DNA from: Octopus vulgaris | Lineage: Eukaryota | DNA length: 64,000 nt | Direction of reading: 5' to 3' | Assembly (NCBI GenBank): GCA_951406725.2 | Contig: OX597824.1 | Span: 87,854,001 to 87,918,000 of the forward strand | Shown: positions 12,700-24,959 of the stretch, piece after piece | Position numbering within the stretch: the stretch's first letter is position 1 | Layout of the letters: the number at the start of each line of letters is the position of its first letter | Translations under genes and position numbers: made by a program | Notes under the pieces: generated by a model | Seen by the model: the letters and a program-made list of their open reading frames with translations, nothing else | Told to the model about the DNA's origin: nothing | Databases searched by the model: none

Positions 12700-13668
12700 T
12701 GGGGCTAATGCAGTTTTGCACCTCTCCTTGAAAAATGCATTTTTTTTAAAAGAAACTTTTTTCAGATTCCTACATTTTAGATGTCGGAGATTATGAATAT
12801 GCTAAAAAAAATGTTTTTTTTTATTTCACCCTTCCCGCTCCCATTAAAATTTTTGATTTTGCCTACTTTAAAGAGATTGTAGCATATTGACGAACATATG
12901 CAAATCGAAATTAAATACAGACAAAATCATTAAAGTGAAAAGAGTTTGCATTTTACTTCTGTTTGCCTTTAATAATCTAATGTTAATCAAATATACACCA
13001 TTTTATGACAAACAATGTCTAATAATTTGTTATAAAGTTTAATAAGGGGCTCAAATTTCATCCCCTCCTCCAATTTTAAATTTTGAACATTTTCATCCAT
13101 TTATTTATTTATCTGTCTATCTATTTATCCCTATTCATAAACTATATTTGTCAACTTAATTATTTCGTCTGCCGTTACGTTCTGAGTTCAAATTCCGCAG
13201 AGGTCGACTTTGCCTTTCATCCTTTCGAGGTCGATAAATTAAGTACCAGTTACGCACTGGGGTCGATGTAATCGATTTAATCCATTTGTCTGTCCCCTCT
13301 GTGTTTAGCTCCTTGTGGGTAGTAAAGAAATATATATTTGTCAACTAAATGTGGTGGTCCTACAGAAGATGGTGTTATTGTTTTTAGTCCCAGGAAGACA
13401 TTCAGATCTATCTATCTCTTTATACACATATCTATATGCTTATTGAATTTAAAATTTTGAAAACGTGGTTTCTTGCATATACGAAATCTCTGTCATCTAA
13501 AACATAGGAGGAAAAAAGTTTCGAAAAAGTTCCAAATTTTAAATGGAGAAGGGGTGGTTTTTTTTTTTTGGCACATTTGTTATCTCTGACACCTAAAACG
13601 TAGGAATCTGAAAATTTTTTTTACAAAATGCATTTTTCAAGGAGATGTGCAAAACTGCATTAGCCCCC
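12700..13668. mobile_element. Non-autonomous DNA transposon with ~100-bp TIRs, carrying a nested SINE B
   Basis: ggggctaatgcagttttgcac...gaaaaatgcatttt versus aaatgcatttttcaaggagatgtgcaaaactgcattagcccc; nested SINE B at ~13160-13330 flanked by duplicated tatatttgtcaact. Confidence 0.75.
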
Positions 13669-14394
13669 AAAAATGACAGAAGGATGACAAGGAAACAAAC
13701 AGAAAATTCAAACCCAAGACGTAAACATCTTTTCCTCGTCAGTTATCATCCAAAAATCATGACAATTTCACGCCTTTAACGATAATATTATTCATTTTGG
13801 TGGCGTCAACAGCAAAAAAGCTGCTAGGTTTTTTGGGGGCATTTTGGGGCTAATGCAGTTTCGCACATCTTGAAAAATGCATTTTTTTTTTTTTTGAAAA
13901 AATATTTCGGATTCCAACGTTTTAGATGTCGGAGATAACGAATATACAAAAAAAGATTATCATCCAAAAATCATGACAATTTCACGCCTTTAACGATAAT
14001 ATTGTTCATTTCGGTGGCATCAACAGCAAAAAGCTAATCGGAATAATGAGTGGACGTAAAGGACGGCAATGAAAACAAACACCACACAAGTAGTTGGTAC
14101 GAATGTAAATTTACAAACACCGGAGGCAGCATTACAAGATGTGTGTGTGTATATGTGTGTATACATGGATGAACAAATAAATGGAAGTAGCACTCAACAC
14201 ATGATTGGGAGTTGTATTTATTAACAGGTTGACTTGGCTCGTGTTATTTAAATCTCCGTGGACGTAGAAGAAAAACAACACGCAACCAGCTCTTTGGACA
14301 TTCCGAAGCAAATGTGCGTGTTAATTAAAAACGAGTTGGTCCCGAGCAAAAGAGATGGCGCCAATACAGTCTCGTCTGTATAAAAACTACGTAG

Positions 14395-14830
14395 TTTAGG
14401 TGAGGAGATGGGTGTCGGGCAGGAACAGGAGTTTTTGCGTCCGTGAGGTGTTAAGAGGCTGCGAAGATTGTGGGGAGGACGAAAAAGGGTTGAAAAGGCG
14501 AAAATTGGAGCATGGTTGATGTTGTGAATGTGAGATCTGAGAAGTGACCCAGGAAGGATGTTGGCGTGTCAAGGTAGCTGTGAGATTAGTGAAACAGTTG
14601 CCAATGGAGACAGGGTTGTTAGGATTACGAATTTCTGAGAAGCGGCAGATTGTAAGTATTTGGGGGTGGTTCAGCAAAGAGATTAGCAGTTGTTAGTAGA
14701 CGTGGTGGAGATAAGCTGGTGATAGAGGGATAAACATGAGTTTTAAGTTGCAGTGGATGAAGTCGTTGGATAGTTTTATTGTAGTTCTCCAAGTTTTATA
14801 ATTACGCGACTGATGAACGAATAGAAATAA
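14395..14830 (-). mobile_element. Possible Penelope-like element N-terminal relic
   Basis: Degenerate P/S/T/N/H-rich minus-strand reading frames resembling PLE N-termini; no diagnostic motif. Confidence 0.3.
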
Positions 14831-15120
14831 AAATAGCAGCTAAAAAGCCTTTGAATCTGGGCTTATTTACTACGTCTTTAAGTGCGGAATTTGGGATAGA
14901 ATTGGCCGGCGCTTAGTTGTATGATCAGTCACAATCACCTGTAATTGGCTCGTATATATATTTCTTTACTACCCCACAAGGGGCTAAACATAGAGGGGAC
15001 AAACAAGGACAGACAAAGGGATTAAGTCGATTACATCGACCCAGTGCGAAACTGGTACTTTATTTATCGACCCCGAGAGGATGAAAGGGCAAAGTCGACC
15101 TCGATAAGAACTCCATATGC

Positions 15121-15186
15121 ACTTTCGTATATAACTTTAGGGATGCCAGGTAAGTACCTGGCATCCTTAAAGTTATATACGAAAGT
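15121..15186. repeat. Near-perfect 32-bp inverted repeat (hairpin, 2-nt loop)
   Basis: actttcgtatataactttagggatgccaggta-ag-tacctggcatccttaaagttatatacgaaagt, one G/T mismatch. Confidence 0.9.
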
Positions 15187-15922
15187 ACTGCATCGCTAGT
15201 TCCAAATTCCGTTGTTTTTATTTTGATAACCTCAAAATGTCACACTCTGGGCTGGTGTACAGGACATATAGGTACTTAAAGCAACGACCCTGGCATATTG
15301 CATAATACTAATAAGTAGTTAGTATTGATGCGGAAATAAGAAAATACTGCGAAAGAGATAAGCTACTTTATTTTACGTAACAAAGTACAATCGCTTATAA
15401 AAGCCATGCGTAGGATATAAGAGTGAGGCGATCAATTTATCAAAACATCGTTCATGACTCGAGTTTGATTGTTATAAAGGAAAATACGTAATCTAATGAT
15501 ATTTTATTTGTTGTACCAGAATGTCAAAAATTCATATTTCAATTCCAAGGATTCATTATTAAGACGTTAATTAATTAAATTAATTAAAGTAAACAGAAAA
15601 TATTTTGATAGTCTCTTCTTTTTTTAAATCAATAAAATCGAAGTTTTAAAAAAACTGTATTTAAAGAATTATTAGAGTTATCCAATAATAGGCGTAACGG
15701 GACATATACCGAAGGATCGCCCCAATAATATATAAATTTATCGGCAAAAAGCTTTACAGAAAGATTTTTTTTAACGATTTGTGCGAATTGAAAATAATTC
15801 GAAATAACAAAAATACTGAAGCGACGGTCGCTGGTTTGATGCAGTCGTGTGTGAAAACCGTTTGGATTTGGGCTTATATACTCCGTCCTTAGATAAACGA
15901 GGTGTTAAATGATCTTTCTTAC

Positions 15923-16009
15923 CATTTCGCAGTATTGCTGTACCAGTGCCTTCATCCTGCTGTGCGGCACTGTAAACACATCCAATTCGTAAGGATACTT
16001 CGGCGCCAT
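15923..16009 (-). CDS. FBXL5: FBXL5 coding exon 1
   Basis: MAPKYPYELDVFTVPHSRMKALVQQYCEM (87 nt) then GTAAGA donor; matches vertebrate [28 protein letters not shown]; phase-0 join to the exon at 8364. Confidence 0.93.
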
Positions 16010-16200
16010 TTTCCTGCGTGCAATGTCAACCCGAGCCAAAATCGCGCGAGATCTAACTTCGGCAAGCTGGAGTTACCTCCCTTACCCGAAAAAAATTGCG
16101 ACGTACTTTTTGGGGGCGGTGCTTAAGAGTTGCTGGTTGTCAGTGGTAACAAACAGTAAACTGCATGGATTAAGGCGAACATCATGAAAAAAAGTTTGTT
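16010..16200. promoter_or_regulatory. Putative bidirectional promoter FBXL5/SPMIP1 with GC box and RFX X-box-like motif
   Basis: Locally CpG-rich; gggggcggt at ~16112-16120; GTTGTCagtGGTAAC at 16136-16150 resembles GTNRCC-N0-3-RGYAAC. Confidence 0.5.
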
Positions 16201-16491
16201 TAAGAGGCACTGAAAATGTGAAACTTGAATTTGATGTAGGGGCAGCCAGATGTTATTACAAATAATCGTTTATATTTAGATGATTGAATAATTGCCATAT
16301 TAAAAGACATGTATATACATGTAAATATATGAAGACATATCAAGTATATGAATAAATAATTTATGGTTGGTTGTTATACGAACTTAAAATATTAAGGAAA
16401 ATAGCCCTTGGCTTTAATCGAAATTACGGTGTGTTAGGACATTCTAAAAAGTAAGGAGAAGTAAAAGGAAAGTGTCTATTATTTTTTCAAG

Positions 16492-17037
16492 ATGGCTCGA
16501 ACAAATTTTGCAAATATCAAATTCTGGGAAGACAGTATTGCAAAGGAACAAACTTTACGTCTCACTTGGCATCGAAAAAGACGAGAGAATGAGTTGACGG
16601 GAGTGAAAGAAACTGAAAAAGGCCGAGCAAGTGATATCCTTCGCAAAAAACTTATGTTCGCTACTGGTGATCCGAAGTTAGAACAGAAGCCAGCAGAGGC
16701 AGTTGCCAAACCACCTGAAGAACATTTGGTTGAAGAAACACCGGAATTGGACACGAAACAATTTGAACTAATGTTACCAATTGATAAAGCAACAAAAGAT
16801 TTATTGTATGACGGAGTGTCGAGAGACGGTAAAGGGCGTGCAAACTATCTGAAGCAACGGTATGTTGAAAATCCAGAGGACAAATTTATTTTTCCTCCAA
16901 CGTCAGCTATGGAATATGGTTGGAACATTGCAGAACTCTCCAAAAGTTTTAACATCAACAAATCATTACATGGACACAGGTGTATATTAAGGGATACCTT
17001 TTATCGGAAGAATGGCATTCCGATGATTCCTGACTAA
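16492..17037 (+). CDS. SPMIP1: Sperm microtubule inner protein 1 / ATP6V1FNB-like, 181 aa, single coding exon
   Basis: FW..SI.KE..LRL.W N-terminus, LLYDGVSRDGKGRANYLKQR, PEDKFIFPPTSAMEYGW and TFYRKNG match recalled ATP6V1FNB motifs (LLYEGISHDFQGRYRYL, FPITTSFTYGW, SFFRKNG); AATAAA at 17177. Confidence 0.82.
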   Translation: MARTNFANIKFWEDSIAKEQTLRLTWHRKRRENELTGVKETEKGRASDILRKKLMFATGDPKLEQKPAEAVAKPPEEHLVEETPELDTKQFELMLPIDKATKDLLYDGVSRDGKGRANYLKQRYVENPEDKFIFPPTSAMEYGWNIAELSKSFNINKSLHGHRCILRDTFYRKNGIPMIPD

Positions 17038-17959
17038 AGAAATTGCGCAAAAGAGTTTCTTTTCTTAGGGGTATATTTTTCTATATTTCCGTGAGAGTGA
17101 CGTTCCATAAATATTCCCATTTTAAAATTCCGCTACCAATCCTACGACAGTACTTAAGCATCTAAAAGGAGTTTAGAATAAAAAATGAACATTTGGTATA
17201 TTTTATTAAAGTTTCAAAAGAAGGATACTGGCCTTGTTTAATAGGTTTTTGCGTAGCTATAATATTTTCACTGGAAACGTCCGTTTTGTTAAAGTGCTAC
17301 ACGAATTGGAAATATTTAGGAAACTGTTCCTGAATGTATTATAAATGTTTAATAGGAGAAAGAAACTAGTATTAAAATTAACATTGCATTTTCTTCCATG
17401 GAGACGTAAATCTTTTGCACGTCTGCTTTTCAATAAGTTCGTCTTCGCTAATTCACTGAGCGGAAATCAATGAGAGATGTGCAACACCAACATTTCTCTA
17501 CATAAAATAGCATCAAGTTATGTGCATGGGCATACATTATTGCTGCTTCGTAAAATTGTCACGAGGAAAAGAAATGATATGCTATATCACAAAAATGTTT
17601 ATCGTCTGGAGGGTTAATATGTATTATATATTGACAGATTAGTGAAAAAGAAAGCTTGAACTTATTGAGTAAGTTGTTATAACAATTTATTTTATAATAG
17701 GTGAATTATTTTCTCTCTTTGATGCTACACAGTATGTAGATACCTTATCTTCTTACTTTTCATTAGTTTTGAAACAAACATAACGAGTGGGCAAGCTTCT
17801 TCGAGGAGCGGGCAGCATAAAGCACAGCTCGTCACCAGGGCCATAATACTAAAACAATTGAAGAAGAATCTTTATTTTTTAGGCGTACCATTCAGAAAGT
17901 CTCGCGGGTTGCAGGGCACCCAAGACTGCACCTATAACGTAACGATTACATGTTCTAAG

Positions 17960-18300
17960 TGAAGGCGCATGGCTCAATGGTTAGAGCGTCGAGCTTACGA
18001 TCGTGAGGTTGTGAGGTCGAATCCTGGACCGGGCTGCGTGTTGTGTTCTTGAGCAAGACACTTTATTTCACATTGCTCCAGTTCACTCAGCTGTAGAAAT
18101 GAGTTGCGACGTCACAGGTGCCAAACTGTATCGGCCCCTTTGCCTTTCCCTTGGATAACATTGGTGGCGCGGAGAGAGGAGGCCGGTATCCATGGGCGAC
18201 TGCTGGTCTTCCATAAACAACCTTGCCCGGACATGTTCCTGGGAGGGTAACTTTCTAAGTGCAATTCCCATGGTCAGTGTCGTGACCGAAGCGGGTCTCA
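17960..18300 (+). mobile_element. tRNA-headed SINE family C
   Basis: A-box tggctcaatgg and B-box-like ggtcgaatcc, then body cttgagcaagacactttatttcac...; diverged copies at ~3795, 20800-21045, 29770-29915, 30820-30945. Confidence 0.8.
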
Positions 18301-18539
18301 GTTACATATTCTAAATCCACGGTCATTGCTAATATCTACGAAAAATGCTAAGAATCAGAATGGCCATAAGAGTAGAAACCTAACCAAGAGTTGGACATGC
18401 AAAGAACTTTGCCTTTAAAATCATATTCTAAACATCAGAATAAAATGCCTGAAAGTTATGATCAAAGAGGAGGCAACAACGCTTGAAATAGTAAAACTTA
18501 TATAATACACCTTTGTGGAAAAGCTTTCATTATAGGAAA

Positions 18540-19500
18540 ATGGCGGCAGTGGTGAGTTTGCAGAATCGTTAGCATGCCGGGCAAAATGCTTCGCAGCATT
18601 TCTTCCGCCTTTACTTTCTGAGTTCAAATTCCGTTGAGGTCACTTTTGTTTTTCATCCTTTCAGGGTCGATGAAATAAGTACCAGTTGAATACTGGATTC
18701 GATGAAATCGATTTAGCACCTCCCTGAAATTGCTGGCCTTGCGCCAAAATTTGAAACTATAATAGGTCAAAAGCGGCGACAGCGAGCTGGCAGAATCGTT
18801 AGCACACCGGGCGAAATGCTTAATAGCATTTCGTCTGTCTTTATGTTCTGAGTTCAAATTCCACCGAGGTCGACTTTGCCTTTCATCCTTTCTGAGGTCG
18901 ATAAATTAAGTACCAGTTACACAATGGGGTCGATGTAATCGACTTAATCCATTTGTCTGTCCTTGTTTGTCCCCTCTATGCTTAGCCCCTTGTGGCTAAT
19001 AAAGAAATAGGTATTTCGTCTGCCGCTACGTTCTGAGTTCAAATTCCGCCGAGGTTAACTTTGCCTCTCATCCTTTTATGGTCAATAAATTAAGTACCAG
19101 TTACGCACTGGGGTCGATGTAATCTACTTAATCCCTTTGTCTATCCTTGTTTGTCCCTTCTATGTTTAGCCCCTTGTGGGCAATAAAGAAATAAACTTTA
19201 GCACGCCGGGCGAAATGCTTTTTGGTATTTTGCCTGCCGTTACGTTCTGAGTTCAAATTCCGCCGAGGTTGACTTTGACTTTCATCCTTTCGTGGTCGAT
19301 AAATTAAGTACCAGTTGCATACTGGGGTCGATCTAATCGACTGCCCCTCCCTTCCAAAAAAATGTCGGGCTTTGTGCCTAGAACAGAAAAGAATCGTTAG
19401 CACGCCGGACAAAATGTTTGTCACTATTTCTTCCGGTTTTACATTCCGAGTTCAGATTTCGCCGAGGTCGAGATCGACAAAATAAGTACCAAGGAATCGA
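18540..19500 (+). mobile_element. SINE family B tandem array
   Basis: About five consecutive units of gttctgagttcaaattccgccgaggtcgactttgcctttcatcc. Confidence 0.85.
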
Positions 19501-19619
19501 TGTAATCGATTAGATCATACCTAAAAACAAATTTCAGACTTTGTGCCTGAACTAGGAAGAATTATGGCACAAACAGGAATGGGGAGAGTATCAGAAATTC
19601 AGCACATGTACCGTTATAT

Positions 19620-20038
19620 ATTTCTTTACTACCCACAAGGGGCTAAATACAGAGGGGATAAACAAGGACAGACAAAGGGATTAAGTCAATTACATCGACC
19701 CCAGTGCGAAACTGGTACTTTATTTATCGACCCCGAAAGGATGAAAGGCAAAGTCGACCTCGGCGGAATTTGAACTCAGAACGTAACGGCAGACGAAATA
19801 CCTATTTCTTTAGTACCCACAAGGGACTAAACACAGAGGGGGACAAACAAGGACAGACAAACGGATTAAGTCAATTACATCAACCCCAGTGTGTAACTGG
19901 TACTTAATTTATCGACCCCGAAAGGATGAAAGGCAAAGTCGACCTCGGCGGAATTTGAACTCAGAACGTAGCGGCAGACGAAATACGGCTACGCATTTCG
20001 TCCGGCGTGCTAACGTTTCTGCCAGCTTTGCCGCCTTC
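19620..20038 (-). mobile_element. SINE family B dimer
   Basis: Two ~180-bp units, inverted relative to the array at 18540-19500. Confidence 0.85.
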
Positions 20039-20304
20039 AAACGTACCGTTATAACCAGTAAACTAAACACAGGTTTAATCACATTAGTTCCGGGTGCAAT
20101 TACTAATAATAAGTTTAATTATTCAAACTTTGTTAATTAACCATAATTATATGTGCTTTTCGCCTAATGACAACGGTTAATCACCTAGAAACCTAACACT
20201 AGAAAGTAATTTAATCTCTAAACAATTCTATTTTTCTGTGCTAAGCATTGTTGATCTCTGGCATTTACTCAGTGATTGCCTTTTAAGGGTAAAATACCCC
20301 CTTC

Positions 20305-20785
20305 GGATCATTTCGGTTTGAACGGCAGTTATTTCTAGCGGTGTCATATGAAATTGTCACCCATAATTATGACCCTAGTATCGATCTATTGCATTTCAAT
20401 CTGTTTTAGGGTTAATTGTCACCCACAATTATGACCCTAGTATCGATCTATTGCATTTCAATCTGTTTTAGGGTTAGGGTTAGGGGTGGAGGGAAGGGTA
20501 TCTTTTTTTTTTCTTCACAAATGTAAATAAACCCAATCTGTTTCTTAAACGAGGGACATATTCATACGGCACAGAATGTTTTCACCTCAATAGACGTCAT
20601 TGATTGGTTGAAATTGCAGAAATTGAAGAAAAAAAAACAAGTATCTACCAAACTATAGAATTTTTTCAATAAAGCCAAGAGAAAAAGATGTTTTATAAAC
20701 ACATTCTACCAGTATACGAAGTTTAAAAGTGTTTAGTTACATAGAAATTATTTAAAAAAAACTGCCGTTCAAACCGAAAAATCTC
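20305..20785. mobile_element. MITE with TTAGGG tract, inserted in a SINE C
   Basis: TIRs tttcggtttgaacggcagtt / aactgccgttcaaaccgaaaa; internal (ttaggg)3 and a ~60-bp internal tandem duplication. Confidence 0.75.
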
Positions 20786-21450
20786 CCCCCCCCCGCCTTC
20801 GGTCATGCATGACTATGGGAGTGCGTCTACAAAGTTACCCTGCGAGGCAAGGTTGTTTATGGAAAATCAGCAGTCTCTCTTCTCTACACCACTGATGTTA
20901 TACAAGGGAGACGTCGCAACACATTTCTACAGCTGAGTGAACTGGAGCAACATGAAATAAAGTGTCTTGCTCAAGGACACAACACACACAGCCCGATCTG
21001 GGAATCGAACTCACTACTTCAGGACTGTGAGCCATGCGCCTTCACTATCTCTCTTAATATTTCGTTAAGTACAGTGACGTTTATACCAGGCGATGATGAA
21101 GTCATAATAAAACCGAAACGAGATCAGAATTACCTCCCCTACTTGCGATATTTTTTTTTCTTTGCCATATAATTATTTCGAATGAACATAATTTATACAC
21201 CCTGTATTAAATACATAAACAAGAACGATACCATTGCGCGGTATCTTGGGCAAGTATCTTCTAAAATCGTCTCAAGTTGCTCAATATATCGTAAATGGGA
21301 TTAGGTAGCTAGAATCAATATGGCAGTCCCCCGCATACATGCACGTATGTACGATTCTCTTAAGTTTTTAATTATTTGGACTCTTCCTGTAAAGAGGGGG
21401 TTGGTTTCTAAAAAAAGTTGTAAAGCCTCGTTGATAGTAAAAATATTGTT

Positions 21451-21963
21451 ATGTATGTATGTATGTATGTATGTATGTATGTATGTATGTATGTATGTAT
21501 GTATGTATGTATGTGTGTATGTGTATGTATATGTGTGTGTATGTATGTATGTATGAATGTGTGTGTGTATGTATATGTGTGTATCTATGTAAGTACGTAT
21601 GTATGTATGTACGTATTACGTACGTACGCACGTATGTATGTATGTATGTATGTATGTATGAATGTGTGTGTATGTGTGTATGTATGTAAGTACGTATGTA
21701 TGTATGTACGTATTACGTACGTACGCACGTACGTATGTATGTATGTATGTATGAATGTGTGTGTGTGTGTGTATGTATGTATGTGTGTGTGTATGTATGT
21801 ATGTGTGTATGTATGTATGTATGTGTGTATGTATGTATGTATGTGTGTGTATGTATGTATGTATGTACGTATGTGTGTGTGTATGTATGTATGTATGTAT
21901 GTATGTATGTATGTATGTATGTGTGTGTATGTATGTATGTATGCATGCACGCATGTATGTATG
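21451..21963. repeat. Compound (ATGT)n/(GT)n microsatellite
   Basis: Direct inspection. Confidence 0.97.
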
Positions 21964-22209
21964 TTCTGGGCATGACATAAAATTGTATCCGGTTGTGACG
22001 CTCCAGTTTAAGAGTCCAGGAGTCCTTGAGAACATGGAGTCATCTCTTAATTGCCATTTACTCCCAGGTAAGTTCTGAGCCAGAGCAGTGATACTGTCTG
22101 GATCCCATCAATAGGTTGAATCAGGGGGAAACTTTTTAGTGCGGCGGGCAAAAACTTGCGCCGCAGAGTTTTGGAGGAGATAGTGTTAGTTGAAGGCTAC
22201 CAAACCTGT

Positions 22210-22255
<46 letters not shown>

Positions 22256-22281
22256 ACTTCAGCTTTATACATAAGGGAATA

Positions 22282-22672
22282 TCTTTATATATAAAAGTGA
22301 GGTCGTGTGCTGTCTGTCTCCTACGATTTAGATTCCTAACTACTCCCACATTTTGCGGTGCAGTGTAACCAAAAGCGGGTATCTTATAGTCGTGATTCAT
22401 ATCGAGCCCTTCTGTGTATTAGCGCGCGTCTACGATGAGTCTACGATTTAAAAAAAATTTACCATCATTTTTTCCCATTTTTAATGCATTTGTTTTGCTA
22501 TTATATAAGGGAAGTAACTCTCTAAAAATGTATTATTATATCTCAGAACGTAAAAAGCTATAGTAACATTGTGGTTAGCCATATTGAGATGGCTGTTATA
22601 CTTTACATCTCTAAAAATGCTTATATAGTTATTTCCCTTACAAACCCGAGCAACGCCGGGCGATACTGCTAG
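22282..22672 (+). mobile_element. Non-autonomous Helitron-like element
   Basis: A|TC start; ends cccgagcaacgccgggcgatactgCTAG|T. Confidence 0.75.
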
Positions 22673-23843
22673 TGTTAAATAAAATCATAATTAACTGATC
22701 CTCCTGTATTTTCTTTTACCCAACGCCAGGAACTTTTCAGCACCCTCCCCTCATGTCATACATACACACGCGCACATACACACATACACACGCACACACA
22801 CGATTGAGAAACACACACATACACACGTGTGTGTGTGTTTCTCCATCGGTCGCCAATTAATGATACCTGTTGGCTGACAAGGTGGAATCGGAAACATAAA
22901 CTAAAAAAATTACCCCGCTAATGTAATAAAATTAAACCTTAATACTTAAAACATTTACAAAACACATGGAAATAACTTCGTACATTACTTGAACAGGTAA
23001 CTTAGCAAAAAAAAAAATATGTAGGCATTTAAAACGAAAGTTGTTAATGAAAATATTAGGAGCATTTAAAAAAAAGTTGTATTTTCCTGAGATATACTTA
23101 AATAAATAACCAAAGTTTAAAATGTTGATGGAAAGTTAAGTTTGTAAATTCACGAACCAACGAGGAAATCTCTTACCTGGTTCATCGCAACATCGGTTCT
23201 GAGAAAGTATTTATGGAAATAATATTTATATAGTAAACAACTGATATTTTACTTGGAAAAAGTGCCAACAAAATTGAAAACTTCTCGTATTTTCGTTTTA
23301 CTTTCGTATAATTGTACGACGGGTGCTTTTATCGTAGGAGATACAATTACTTTGGAAGACTATAACTTCTTTCGCACTAAAACACACTGCGTTCAAGTTG
23401 TAATATGAAACTATGGAATGAAAACGGAAAAGATTAGTCACCAATGAAAATCGGCGATTAAATGAAACAAGGATTTTTCTGAATTGTTTACATAGTAAAG
23501 AAATAATTTGAACTTGGAAAAGTGAAAGCGCATATTTTAAACCTTACTAGTGCTGGTATTACGCAAAAACATTCCAGGAAAGAGATTAAGTGTTAGAAAG
23601 GTAATCCAGCCAGAATCTGTCAAACCGTCCAGCCCATGCCAGCATTAGAAAACATGTTAAATTATTATTATGATGATGATGACGACGGCATATGTATGTA
23701 TGTGTGTATAAGTGCGCGCGTGCGTATGCACATATATATATATATATATAGTTAACCCAAACCTGAAAATACAAAGAGAAAACACAACAACGCGAGGACG
23801 TGGAACAAATATAATGTTATTGGACGCTCAGGAAAAAAGGAGG

Positions 23844-23880
23844 ATTTAACGTTTCGAGCGGAGCTCTTCGTCAGAAACAT
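23844..23880 (-). ncRNA. Minimal type-I hammerhead ribozyme motif in a solo Penelope pseudo-LTR (23752-23946)
   Basis: ttt-CTGACGA-a-gagc tcc gctc-GAAA-cg-TT-aaa. Confidence 0.65.
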
Positions 23881-23944
23881 AGGGCAGGGAAAGATCCAAG
23901 GAAGGGAAGACGGAGGAAAAAAATCGCCAACGGTACACACACGG

Positions 23945-24029
<85 letters not shown>

Positions 24030-24234
24030 ATAAATGAAATAAAACATATGCATATATATAAACATATATGTACGTACCTACCTCTACATGTACATATACA
24101 CGCATATATGAGTACAGGACACCAAAGGGACGTCGAACACAAAGAGAAAACGAAAACATAGACACAAACCAAAGGAACTGGACATTTATTTTAAAAACAA
24201 CAAAAAATGGAGTACAGGACAATTAACACAATAT

Positions 24235-24462
24235 ATACAGGGTGCGGCAGAAAGGTTGCCTTGATTTCAAAGGTTAATAAAAAAAATAATAAAACCAACA
24301 CATGAAAATACAAGGGAAAACGATGCTCTCTACTCCAGGCCATAGGTGGGTACTACCTGAAACAGAAAGATAAAATGGCATTTAATGAACTTCATAGAAA
24401 TGCAAAGTTTTTTCATGCATCTTCATGCGTTAATTTTCTATTAACCTTTGAAATTGGGGCAA

Positions 24463-24468
<6 letters not shown>
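24235..24468. mobile_element. Tc1/mariner-like MITE
   Basis: TA|cagggtg start; aggttgccttgatttcaaaggttaata versus tattaacctttgaaattggggcaacttt. Confidence 0.55.
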
Positions 24469-24502
<34 letters not shown>

Positions 24503-24503
24503 C

Positions 24504-24764
24504 AGGGCTGGCCTGCTATGTAGCCGGCCAGAATGCTAGAAATAGATCATCAACGATCAAACTACAAGGGAAATTCTCTAGAGGAAGAATTCAGCGAACA
24601 CCAGAACCAAATTTGGCGGGCAGGACATATGAAAAATTAAATAAAAAACAGACTTAAATGCATACTGGTGTTCGCTGAATTCTTCCTCTAGAGAATTTCC
24701 CTTGTAGTTTGATCGTTGATGATCTATTTCTAGCATTCTGGCCGGCATACTGCAGGCCAGCCCT
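24504..24764. repeat. Foldback element, ~100-bp arms and 60-bp spacer, in a (TA)n tract
   Basis: Inner ~82 bp of the arms are perfect reverse complements. Confidence 0.9.
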
Positions 24765-24871
24765 ATATATATATTTGAATTTTCTCTGACTCCTCAGATT
24801 TTTTGAATGTGGACTACTGGTTTTAAATTGATATTAAAATTAATATTAATTTATTTCCTCAATTTTTAAAA

Positions 24872-24956
<85 letters not shown>

Positions 24957-24959
<3 letters not shown>

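Noticed and set aside
16010-16100. Iron-responsive element in the FBXL5 5' region
   Set aside because: No CAGUGH-loop hairpin seen
17963-18035. tRNA-like sequence with A and B boxes
   Set aside because: No acceptor-stem pairing; continues into a repeated SINE body
21449-22078. Multiple long ORFs (MYVC/HTYI repeats)
   Set aside because: Translations of microsatellite
24775-24805. CTGAGGA core on the minus strand
   Set aside because: No stem II/GAAA geometry; possibly a truncated relic
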